A DNA stretch of 28,869 nt from Candidatus Eiseniibacteriota bacterium (GTDB lineage Bacteria; Eisenbacteria; RBG-16-71-46; DASYSL01), in assembly GCA_031431875.1 (NCBI GenBank), contig JANPEF010000159.1:1-28869 (forward strand), written 5' to 3'. A model generated the notes under the pieces. It was not told where the DNA came from, made no database searches, and saw only the letters and a program-made list of their open reading frames with translations. The position numbers and the translations under genes are program-made. This document shows, piece after piece, positions 17,206-24,834 of this stretch; the first letter of the stretch is position 1; every line of letters begins with the position of its first letter.

Positions 17206-18225
17206 TCAGCCTCCCTGGCGCGGTACCACTCCCAGACCCGGCCGGTCCGGAAGCGTGAGGCGGCCTTCCCCGCCGCCGACGCCCTCGAACGGATCCACGG
17301 CGAGGAGCCAGTGTCCGTCGAGGTCGAGCGTGTCGAACAGCGGCCCGAGGTGCGCCGCTGCCGTGATTCCGATGCTGCTTTCGACCATGCACCCTAGCAT
17401 GAGCGAAAGGCCGTGCGCGCGCGCCGCGTGGATCAGGCGCAGGGCCTCGCTCGGGCCGCCGGTCTTGACCAGCTTGACCACCACGCCCGCGGCGCGATCG
17501 GCCAGCCCCGCGACGTCGGCCGCCACGTGGCAGCCCTCGTCGACGTAGAGCGGCAGCGGCGAGCGCTCGTGCAGCCAGCGCAGCCCTTCGCGATCCTCGG
17601 GCGCCAGGGGCTGCTCGACGAACTCCACCCCCAGTTCGGCCAGCGCGGGCAGCAGGCGCAGCGCCTGGTCCCGCGACCAGGCCGCATTGGCATCGACACG
17701 GATCACCTGGGAGGTCCGTTCCCGGATCCTCCGCACCGTCCCCATGTCATCGGCCCCTCCGACCTTGACCTTGAGAATGGGATAAGCCTTTGCCTCATCG
17801 AGCTTTCGGGCTGTCGTCTCCCAATCCGCTAGACCCAGGGTGAAGGACGAGAGCGGCAGCGTCGCCGGATCGAGGCCCCACAACTTCCACAGGGGAACGC
17901 CGGCGAGCTGCCCGCGCAGGTCCCACAGAGCCGTGTCGAGGGCGTTCCACGCCGCCCGTTGGCCGTTGAGCACGGCGAAGGCGCGGCGCTCGAAGGCCTC
18001 GTGCTCCCACGGATCGGACGGCAGCAGCGGCGCCCATACGGCGAGCGCGGCCGCAGCGGTCGCGGCGTTCTCGCCGTAGTAGGCGGTGGCGGCGACTTCG
18101 CCGTAGCCGATGCGACCCTCGTGCTCGAGCGTGACCACGAGGTGCTCCCAGTTCTTGCCCCCGCCGCGCGCGATGCGGAACTCATGGCGGGTCGACAACG
18201 TGAGCGGTGCGACGGTCAGTTTCAT
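17206..18225 (-). CDS. Enolase-superfamily dipeptide epimerase (L-Ala-D/L-Glu epimerase / DgcA-like N-acetyl-D-Glu racemase)
   Basis: 'GYGE', 'ALWDLRG', KxK 'LKVKVG', metal ligands 'VDAN', 'EQP', 'DE', then 'GCMVES' and 'DLDG'. Directly downstream of a DUF1611 gene. Confidence 0.88.
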   Translation of the reverse strand: MKLTVAPLTLSTRHEFRIARGGGKNWEHLVVTLEHEGRIGYGEVAATAYYGENAATAAAALAVWAPLLPSDPWEHEAFERRAFAVLNGQRAAWNALDTALWDLRGQLAGVPLWKLWGLDPATLPLSSFTLGLADWETTARKLDEAKAYPILKVKVGGADDMGTVRRIRERTSQVIRVDANAAWSRDQALRLLPALAELGVEFVEQPLAPEDREGLRWLHERSPLPLYVDEGCHVAADVAGLADRAAGVVVKLVKTGGPSEALRLIHAARAHGLSLMLGCMVESSIGITAAAHLGPLFDTLDLDGHWLLAVDPFEGVGGGEGRLTLPDRPGLGVVPRQGG

Positions 18226-19328
18226 GCGGCGGTTTCCTCCCGGGCGGCGAGCACAGCCTCGACCAGCGGCGCCACGCCGTAGCGGACCGGGTCGGTGACG
18301 GGCAGGCCGAGCGCCTTCGCCTGGCCCGCGAGCGCGAAGCGCGCCGCGTCATCGTCGAGATCGAACGTGGCGATCGCGCCGGCGACGACGCGGCCGGGCC
18401 GGATCGGCGCGAGCGCGTCCTCGTAGCGGCGGACCAACTCGGCGAGCGGCGGGATCGCCACGTCGCCGTGGCGAATGCGCCGGCGCGTCGCCTGGTGGCA
18501 GAGGATCATCGAGTGCGGCAGCGCGCCGTGCAGCAGCGACAGCGTCACGCCGGCGTACCCGGGGTGCAACAGCGAGCCCTGCCCCTCGACGATCACGACC
18601 TCGTGTCCCACCGCCGCTTCGAGCACCAGCGCCTCGGCCGCACCCGCGGTGAAGTCCGCGATCACGCGATCGATGGCGAGGCCGCGACCGGCGAGCAGGA
18701 TCCCCGTCTGCCCGGTGGCGACGAACGCCGAGCGAACGCCCCTCGCCATTAGCGCGCGGTGCAACTCCCAGGCGGTGGTCATCTTTCCGCTGTTGCAGTC
18801 GGAGCCGACGGTGAGCACGACGTGCGCCGCGACGCCGCGCACGCGCGCGGCGGCGACGGGCAGATCGGTCGGCACGGCGCGCAGGTCGACGAGGCGGCGG
18901 CCCCGCGCGGCCGCACGCGCGGCCAGTTCCGGATCGTCGGCGAGGAAGGTGTGCAGGCCCGCCCACAGGTCGAGCCCCGCATCGAGCGCCGCCAGGAGCA
19001 CGCCGCGCCAGGCGTCGGGCAGGCGGCCGCCCACCGGCGCGATGCCGACGAGCAGCGCGTCGGGCGCGTGCGCGAGAGCCTCCTCGAGCCTGCCGACGAC
19101 CGGGATCGCGCCACCGAAGCCGAGCGCGTCCTCCGCGGTCGTGCCGGCGCGGGTCGAATCGAGCAGCACCGCAACCGCCTCGGGGGCGTAGCGCAGCAGC
19201 GCCACGGCGGTCTTCGCGTCGAGAACGCCGAGCGAACCCTCGACCAGCACCACGAAGCGGCGGCGACCGCGCTCGGCGACGAGCGCGATCGGCCCGTCCG
19301 CCACGTCCCCCGCGCGCGCGTCGCTCAT
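18222..19328 (-). CDS. DUF1611 family protein (DgcN-like D-glutamate N-acetyltransferase)
   Basis: 'KTA..LLRY', 'GIAPVGGRLP', 'GLHTFL', P-loop-like 'TVGSDCNSGKMTT', 'ATGQTGI', 'DF.AGA.E', 'EGQGSLLHP.Y', 'LLHG'. ATG 19328 overlaps the bshA stop (ATGA). Confidence 0.88.
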   Translation of the reverse strand: MSDARAGDVADGPIALVAERGRRRFVVLVEGSLGVLDAKTAVALLRYAPEAVAVLLDSTRAGTTAEDALGFGGAIPVVGRLEEALAHAPDALLVGIAPVGGRLPDAWRGVLLAALDAGLDLWAGLHTFLADDPELAARAAARGRRLVDLRAVPTDLPVAAARVRGVAAHVVLTVGSDCNSGKMTTAWELHRALMARGVRSAFVATGQTGILLAGRGLAIDRVIADFTAGAAEALVLEAAVGHEVVIVEGQGSLLHPGYAGVTLSLLHGALPHSMILCHQATRRRIRHGDVAIPPLAELVRRYEDALAPIRPGRVVAGAIATFDLDDDAARFALAGQAKALGLPVTDPVRYGVAPLVEAVLAAREETAA

Positions 19329-20530
19329 CGGCACAGGCCGCCGTAGACGGCGCGGTAGCGTTCGACCACGCGATCGACGTGGAAGTCGGAGACGGCGCGC
19401 GCGCGCGCCGCCCGGCCGACGCGGCGATGGAGGCGGTCGTCCTCGAGCACGCGCAGCGAGGCGCGCACGAACGCGTCGAGGTCGTTCGGCTCGACGAGGA
19501 AGCCGCTCACGCCATCGGTGACCAGCTCGGGCAACCCGCCGACGCGCGAGGCGATGACCGGAACCCCTGCCGCCATCGCCTCGAGCGCGACGAGCCCGAA
19601 GGACTCGGTCGACGACGGCAGCAGCAGCAGGTCGGCCAGGGGCAGCAACTCCTCCATGACCTCCTGGTTGCCGAGGAACAATACGTGTTTGCCGACGCCG
19701 AGATGCCGGGCCAATTCCTCGGCCCGCGGCTTGTCGGGGCCGTCACCGACCATGACCAGCCGCGCGTCCATCCGCTCGTGCACCGCGGCGAAGATGCGCA
19801 CCACGGTCTCGACGTTCTTCACCGGGCGGAAGTTCGAGGCGTGCATCAGCACGCGCGCTCCTGCCGGCGCGAGCACCGGCGGGCGGTGGCGGCGCGGCGC
19901 GAAGATCTCGGGATCGACGAAGTTCGGGATCACCTCGATCGGCTTGTGCACGCCGAGCGTGTCGATCGTCGCCGTGCGCAGCGCCTCGCTCACTGCGGTC
20001 ACCCGGTCCGACGACTCGATCGTGAACTTGGTCATGCGCAACAGCGCCGGCTGCTGGCCGACGATCGTGATGTCCGTGCCGTGCAGGGTCGTCACCACCG
20101 GCAGGCGGGCGGGGGCGACCAGGTGCTTGGCGAGGAAGGCCGAGGCGGCGAACGGCATCGCATAATGGACGTGCAGCACGTCGAGATCCTGCGTCTCGGC
20201 GACCTCCGCCATCTTGGTCGCCAGCGCGAGCGCCAGCGGCGGCGCGTGCTGGAACAGCGGGTAGGACTCGAGCACGACCTCGTGGAAGAAGATGTTGCGC
20301 TCGAACGTCGGGAGGCGATACGGCAGCGACGTCGAGATGAAGTGCACCTGGTCACCGCGGCGGGCCAGCCGCCGGCCGAGTTCGGTGGCCACGATGCCCG
20401 AGCCGCCGAATGTCGGGTAGCAGGTGATGCCGACGTTGAGCGGCTTGCCGCGCCGCTTGGCGGCGGCGGGCGGCTTCTGCTTCGCCTTCGCCTTCGCCTT
20501 CACCGTGGAACGCAGCGGGCGCGCCGTCAC
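19325..20530 (-). CDS. bshA: N-acetyl-alpha-D-glucosaminyl L-malate synthase BshA (GT4)
   Basis: 'GITCYPTFGGSGIVATELG', 'YPLFQH', 'LHVHYA.P', 'TTLHGTDIT.VG', 'SNFRPVK', 'ESFGLVALEAMA'. Start at GTG 20530 (GTGA coupling) or GTG 20503. Confidence 0.93.
   Translation of the reverse strand: MTARPLRSTVKAKAKAKQKPPAAAKRRGKPLNVGITCYPTFGGSGIVATELGRRLARRGDQVHFISTSLPYRLPTFERNIFFHEVVLESYPLFQHAPPLALALATKMAEVAETQDLDVLHVHYAMPFAASAFLAKHLVAPARLPVVTTLHGTDITIVGQQPALLRMTKFTIESSDRVTAVSEALRTATIDTLGVHKPIEVIPNFVDPEIFAPRRHRPPVLAPAGARVLMHASNFRPVKNVETVVRIFAAVHERMDARLVMVGDGPDKPRAEELARHLGVGKHVLFLGNQEVMEELLPLADLLLLPSSTESFGLVALEAMAAGVPVIASRVGGLPELVTDGVSGFLVEPNDLDAFVRASLRVLEDDRLHRRVGRAARARAVSDFHVDRVVERYRAVYGGLCR
20480..20501. 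repeat. In-frame hexanucleotide tandem repeat (CTTCGC)x3.7 encoding KAKAKAK at the BshA N-terminus
   Basis: Directly visible: cttcgc-cttcgc-cttcgc-cttc. Confidence 0.85.
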
Positions 20531-21309
20531 GCGGTCGGCCCCCCGGCGAACCCGCCCGGGCCGAAGAGCCCGCCCAGCGGTCCCGACCACACGAGCCCAC
20601 CGGCGTGCACCAGGCCCTCCGCGTGCTCCACGCCGGCGAGCTCGCCGAGACGGCGCGCCCTTGCCTCGACCGCGGCAAGGAACCCCGGGCGATTGAGCCG
20701 CGTCGCCGGGCCGTCGGCGGGCGCGAACTGCGAGCCGTAGCACTCGAGCGCGGCGCGCTTGGCGGCGAAGCCTGCGCTCACGTCGACCAGGATGCCCGAG
20801 CCGTGCGCGGCAAAGCCCGCCGCGCGACCGCCCGCCTCGGGCCAGTCGAACAGCAGGCCACGCGCGCGATGGCGCTCCCCCTCCGCGGCGTAGCCGCCGA
20901 CATGGGCGAAGTACAGCGCGCGCTCGAGCAGGCGTCCTCCCTCGCGATGATCGGGATGCGGGTCCTCGGGATGCGGCGCCAGCACCCAGCGCGGGCGCAC
21001 GCGCCGCACCAGCGCGACGACTGCGGCAACCTGCGTCGGGTCACCCGAATGGACGCCGGTGTCGGGGAGCCCGGCGTTCAGGCGCTCGGCCAGGCCGAGC
21101 GCGCGCGCCGCGGCGGTCGCCTCGAACTGCCGCGTCTCGGGTGTGCCGCGGGTGGCCCGCTCGCCGCGCGTGAGGTCGAGCCCGACGACGACGAGGCCGT
21201 CGCGCGCCGCGGTCGCGGCGATGCCGCCGAAGTGCAGCTCGAGATCGTCGGGATGCGCGCCCACCACCAGCAGGTCGGCACCGAAGTCAGCGCCTGCGGA
21301 ACGGCTCAT
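20527..21309 (-). CDS. bshB1: Bacillithiol biosynthesis deacetylase BshB1 (PIG-L/LmbE family)
   Basis: 'GAHPDDLE', 'DLTRGE..TRGT', 'DPHPDH', 'CYGSQF', 'GVEHAEG'. Lies between bshC and bshA with 4-bp overlaps on both sides. Confidence 0.88.
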   Translation of the reverse strand: MSRSAGADFGADLLVVGAHPDDLELHFGGIAATAARDGLVVVGLDLTRGERATRGTPETRQFEATAAARALGLAERLNAGLPDTGVHSGDPTQVAAVVALVRRVRPRWVLAPHPEDPHPDHREGGRLLERALYFAHVGGYAAEGERHRARGLLFDWPEAGGRAAGFAAHGSGILVDVSAGFAAKRAALECYGSQFAPADGPATRLNRPGFLAAVEARARRLGELAGVEHAEGLVHAGGLVWSGPLGGLFGPGGFAGGPTA

Positions 21310-22949
21310 GCGTCCTCCCCGATCGCCAGCACTTCGTGGCCCAGCGGCCGTCCGGCCAGCAGGTCGTCGACGTGTGCGGCCGCACGCTCGCGCGCCAGAG
21401 CCTCGACCCCCTGGCCGCCGCGCGCGATCGGATCGAGCCACGCGAGCGTGCGCTCCTGCAAGCGCTGGTGCGGCTTCAGATACGACGCGAAGTGCGGGTG
21501 CGACGGGTGCTCGCGCTTCCACCGCCGGCGCGCCTTCTTGACGAAGCCCGCCTCGAGCCGCGCCAGTCGCCAGTCGAGCCGCGCCGCCGTGGCGCGCACG
21601 AACTCGGGCAGCGACGCGTCGAGGGCGCGCGACTCGTCGCCGGCGCGGGCGAGCTCGGCGCGCGCGTGCGTGCGCAACGCGCCGACCGTGCGCGACAGCT
21701 CCGCCGGCACGCCCGCGGCGAAGAACGCGGCGAGCGCCCCGTCGGGATCCCGCACCAGCGCCTCGACGGGCACGCCAGCGGCAGCGGCCGCTGCCGCCGC
21801 CGGCGCGGGCAGCCACGTGGCGCTGAAGCGCGGGACGACGATCGACATCGGCGTCGCCAGCGCCTGCGCCGCGGCGGCGACCTGCGCCAGGTAGGCGACC
21901 TCGCCCGGTCCCGCGACGAGGCCGAGCGACGGCAGAACGAAGTCCTGCGCCAGCGGGCGCAACAGCGCACCAGGCATCAGCGCGTGGCTTCCCGCCGCGA
22001 CCCGCGCGGCCGCGACCGTCTCCACGCGGCGTCGCCCCACGCCCTCGGCCGCGAACAAAGCGAACTCGGTCTGCGCCGGCTGGAAGCCGCGCGGCAGGTC
22101 CATGCGCTCGACCGCGTCCCCGGCCGCGTTTGCCGCATCGCGCACTGCCTCATGCCGCTCGGCGTAGCGCGCGTAGAGCGGACGTGCGGCGTCCCGGAAT
22201 GCAGGCAGGCGCGGGTCGAGCACGACAAGCCCCTCCACGGCGAAGGCGCGGAGGAAGAGCCTGGAGACGAAATCGCCGAGGTCGCCGGGATCCGCGACAG
22301 GTGGGACGGCGACGACGGCCGGACCGAGCAATGCAAGCACGCGCTCGAAGCCGGGCAGCGTTGCCCACGAGTCGAGCGCCGCACGCCACACGAGTTGCGC
22401 GGCGGCCGCCGGCAGGTTGCCGACCAGTCGCGACGCCTCGCGCCTGGGCGGCTCGAGAATCCTTTGCGCCTGCGGCGCAAGATCGGGCCCCGCCCACGCG
22501 CTGCCGGCGATCTCGGCGACGTCGTCGTCCTCGGTCGCATTCCAGAACACGGGGACGACCGGCGTGCGCAGCCGCGCCGTGAGCGCGCGGGCAAGCGCGA
22601 CGGTGGCCAGCGTCTTGTGGAAGCTGTAGAGCGGTCCGCCCAGCGGCGCGGGCTGCTGCCCGGTGACGACGCAGAGCGCGCGCCCTTCGACCAGCGCACG
22701 CACGCTGTCGAGGCTCGCGGTCGATGCGCCGAGTCGCTCGTGCAGGGCGATCAGCTCGCCGCGCAACGGCGGCGCGAGCCGGTGTCCGGCGCGCGCGGAC
22801 GCCAGCGCACTCCAGTCATCGGCCCGATCGTAGAGGCGTGAAAACGAGGCCCGGAACGGATGCTCCGGCGTGGTGTAGGCGGCCATCACGGCACCGAGCG
22901 GGCGCCCGGCGACCAGGTCGATCCGGCCGCGCACGGCGACGGCGGTCAT
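21306..22949 (-). CDS. bshC: Bacillithiol biosynthesis cysteine-adding enzyme BshC (divergent)
   Basis: 547 aa from ATG 22949. 'VVTGQQ...GGPLY..HK', 'PVFW.ATEDDD..EI', 'LLRPLAQD..LP', 'AGPGEVAYLAQ', 'PR.S.T', a coiled-coil segment, 'LQER'. Context beside bshB1/bshA. Confidence 0.88.
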   Translation of the reverse strand: MTAVAVRGRIDLVAGRPLGAVMAAYTTPEHPFRASFSRLYDRADDWSALASARAGHRLAPPLRGELIALHERLGASTASLDSVRALVEGRALCVVTGQQPAPLGGPLYSFHKTLATVALARALTARLRTPVVPVFWNATEDDDVAEIAGSAWAGPDLAPQAQRILEPPRREASRLVGNLPAAAAQLVWRAALDSWATLPGFERVLALLGPAVVAVPPVADPGDLGDFVSRLFLRAFAVEGLVVLDPRLPAFRDAARPLYARYAERHEAVRDAANAAGDAVERMDLPRGFQPAQTEFALFAAEGVGRRRVETVAAARVAAGSHALMPGALLRPLAQDFVLPSLGLVAGPGEVAYLAQVAAAAQALATPMSIVVPRFSATWLPAPAAAAAAAAGVPVEALVRDPDGALAAFFAAGVPAELSRTVGALRTHARAELARAGDESRALDASLPEFVRATAARLDWRLARLEAGFVKKARRRWKREHPSHPHFASYLKPHQRLQERTLAWLDPIARGGQGVEALARERAAAHVDDLLAGRPLGHEVLAIGEDA

Positions 22950-23542
22950 GCGCCCCCCCGTCCGAGCACGCGGCCGCGACGCTCGGCCTGGCGCACCTCG
23001 GCGGGACTCGCGCCCACGCGAACCGCGCCACGGCGGTGGGCATCGAGCTGGCGGTCCCAACCCAGCGCGGCCAGGGCCGCGACGGTACACAGCTCGCGCT
23101 CGACGACGGCGAGGCCCGGCCGCGACAGGACGCGGCCGTACCCGCCGTCGATCATCCAGCGGTCGAGATCGGGCGAGAGCGTGCGCATGAATCCCCGCAG
23201 TCGGTGGTACTCGGGACCGTAGACCCGGGCGCACAGGCGCACTCCCCGGGTGTGCGGCGATGCCGCCCCGTGGGATGCGCCGACCGGGGCACGTCGTGCG
23301 CGCGACGAGGCGGGCGCGGCCGCGCGCAGGGCACGCAGGAACTCGATCGACGAAGGGAAGCCGGCATAGAGGTGGAGCATGAGGCCGAGTTCGGCCAGCG
23401 CCCGCGTCGGCACGCCCGCAGCCCGGGCGCGGGCCAGGGAGGACGCGAGCGGGCGATCCGGCGCGACCGCCCGGGCGGCAAGGTCGGCGAGCAGGCGGCG
23501 GCGCGCGAGGCGCCGGGGGCTCGTGCGGGGCGGGCGGGGCAC
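22946..23542 (-). CDS. Carboxymuconolactone decarboxylase (CMD/AhpD-like) family protein
   Basis: Two CMD-like halves: 'ELGLMLHLYAGFP' and 'YGRVLSRPGL...ERELCTVAALAALG..RQL.AH..GA.RVGAS..EV'. GTG 23542 chosen because it sits 6 nt after a -10 element. The ORF-track extension to 23902 is antisense to the antiporter. Confidence 0.78.
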   Translation of the reverse strand: MPRPPRTSPRRLARRRLLADLAARAVAPDRPLASSLARARAAGVPTRALAELGLMLHLYAGFPSSIEFLRALRAAAPASSRARRAPVGASHGAASPHTRGVRLCARVYGPEYHRLRGFMRTLSPDLDRWMIDGGYGRVLSRPGLAVVERELCTVAALAALGWDRQLDAHRRGAVRVGASPAEVRQAERRGRVLGRGGA

Positions 23543-23548
23543 GGCGCG

Positions 23549-23577
23549 ACTGTGCCCGCCGAACCCGGCTAAGTCAA
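23549..23577 (-). promoter_or_regulatory. Putative sigma70-type promoter driving the CMD-bsh operon (probably leaderless)
   Basis: Minus strand TTGACT(23577-23572)-N17-CACAGT(23554-23549)-N6-GTG(23542). No SD. Confidence 0.6.
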
Positions 23578-23621
23578 GCTCGACCCGGCACTTCCGCCCG
23601 CACAGGGGCGTCCGATCCGAC

Positions 23622-23651
23622 TTGACGAACCCGCCATGGTCCGGCCATGGT
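23622..23651 (+). promoter_or_regulatory. Putative sigma70-type promoter for the cation antiporter (probably leaderless)
   Basis: TTGACG(23622-23627)-N18-CATGGT(23646-23651)-N6-ATG(23658). No SD. Confidence 0.5.
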
Positions 23652-23660
23652 CCGGCCATG
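23633..23660 (+). repeat. 11-bp direct tandem repeat GCCATGGTCCG x2.5
   Basis: GCCATGGTCCG(23633-23643) GCCATGGTCCG(23644-23654) GCCATG(23655-23660). The last ATG is the antiporter start. Confidence 0.9.
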
Positions 23661-24827
23661 CTTGATCCTGGACAGTTGCCCCCCGAAGAAGCGCGGGCGC
23701 GCGCGCTCGCCTCCCTGTGGACCTTCCCCGGCGTCCTGTTCTCGGCCTTCATCATCGGCTGGGGCGCCGAGGCCGCCCAGTTCCTCGTCTCGCGCGGCCT
23801 GGCGCTGGCGCTTCTCGCCTGGCTGCAGACCCTGCCCGAGTTCGCCGTCGAGGCGGTGATCGCCTGGCACCGCGACATCCCGCTGATGACCGCGAACTTC
23901 ACCGGCTCGCTGCGCCTGCTGACCGGCGTCGCGTGGCCGCTGATCTATTTCACCGCGGCGTGGACGGCGCGAAAGAACGGCGTGAGGAACTTCAAGGTGC
24001 GCCTGCACCCCGAGGACTCGATCGGCGTCATCTCCCTCTTGCCGCCGCTCCTCTACTTCCTGTGGATCTGGTACAAGGCGTCGCTCACGCTCGTCGACTC
24101 GGCGATCCTGCTCGCGCTCTACGCGGCGTACCTGTGGGCACTCATGCGCATGCCGCCCGAGGACCTGGAGCAGGTCTCCGACCTGCCGGCGGTCCCGCGC
24201 AAGATGCTCAGCTTCCCCTCGCCGTGGAAGGGTCTCGCCGTGCTCGGGCTGTTCGTCGGCGGCGGGCTGATCCTGTTCTTCGTCGCCCACCCATTCCTCA
24301 ACTCGATGCTGGCGCTCGCCGTGTCGCTGGGCGTGTCGCAGTTCGCATTCGTGCAGTGGGTGTCGCCATTCCTCTCGGAGTTCCCCGAGAAGGTGACCGC
24401 CTTCAACTGGGCGCGCAAGCTCGACAAGGCGCCGATGGCGCTGATGAACATGGTCTCGTCGAACGTCAACCAGTGGACTGTCCTGGTCGCCATGATCCCG
24501 ATGGTCTACTGCTGGTCGCTGGGGCACGTCGAAGCGATCCCGTTCGACGCCCACCAGCGCCAGGAGATCCTGCTCACCATCGCGCAGGGTTTCCTCGGCC
24601 TGTTCCTGCTGATCAACCTCGAGTTCGCGTGGTACGAGGCGGTGGGTCTGTTCGTGCTGTGGCTCTACCAGTTCCTGTTCCCGGGCTCGCACGAGTTCGT
24701 CACCGCGCTCTACTTCGGCTGGTGCGGGATCGAGATCGTGCGCCACCTGCTGGGACGCCGGCCGCGCACGGCGTTCCGTGTGCTCCCCGAGTTGCTCCGG
24801 CACGGGCGCCTGCGCAAACGCCCGTAG
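23658..24827 (+). CDS. Ca2+/cation antiporter (CaCA / Na_Ca_ex family) membrane protein
   Basis: About 10 TM segments with two alpha-repeat-like motifs: 'LQTLPEFAV...ANFTGS' and 'PFLSEFPE...NMVSSNVNQ'. Confidence 0.8.
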   Translation: MLDPGQLPPEEARARALASLWTFPGVLFSAFIIGWGAEAAQFLVSRGLALALLAWLQTLPEFAVEAVIAWHRDIPLMTANFTGSLRLLTGVAWPLIYFTAAWTARKNGVRNFKVRLHPEDSIGVISLLPPLLYFLWIWYKASLTLVDSAILLALYAAYLWALMRMPPEDLEQVSDLPAVPRKMLSFPSPWKGLAVLGLFVGGGLILFFVAHPFLNSMLALAVSLGVSQFAFVQWVSPFLSEFPEKVTAFNWARKLDKAPMALMNMVSSNVNQWTVLVAMIPMVYCWSLGHVEAIPFDAHQRQEILLTIAQGFLGLFLLINLEFAWYEAVGLFVLWLYQFLFPGSHEFVTALYFGWCGIEIVRHLLGRRPRTAFRVLPELLRHGRLRKRP

Positions 24828-24834
24828 GCTCCGC

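Noticed and set aside
17785..17825. GAAA...GGCAAAG on the minus strand resembling a c-di-GMP-I riboswitch
   Set aside because: Only about 3 bp of pairing around the GAAA, no GGCAAAC/GACGCAAAG match, and it lies mid-CDS.
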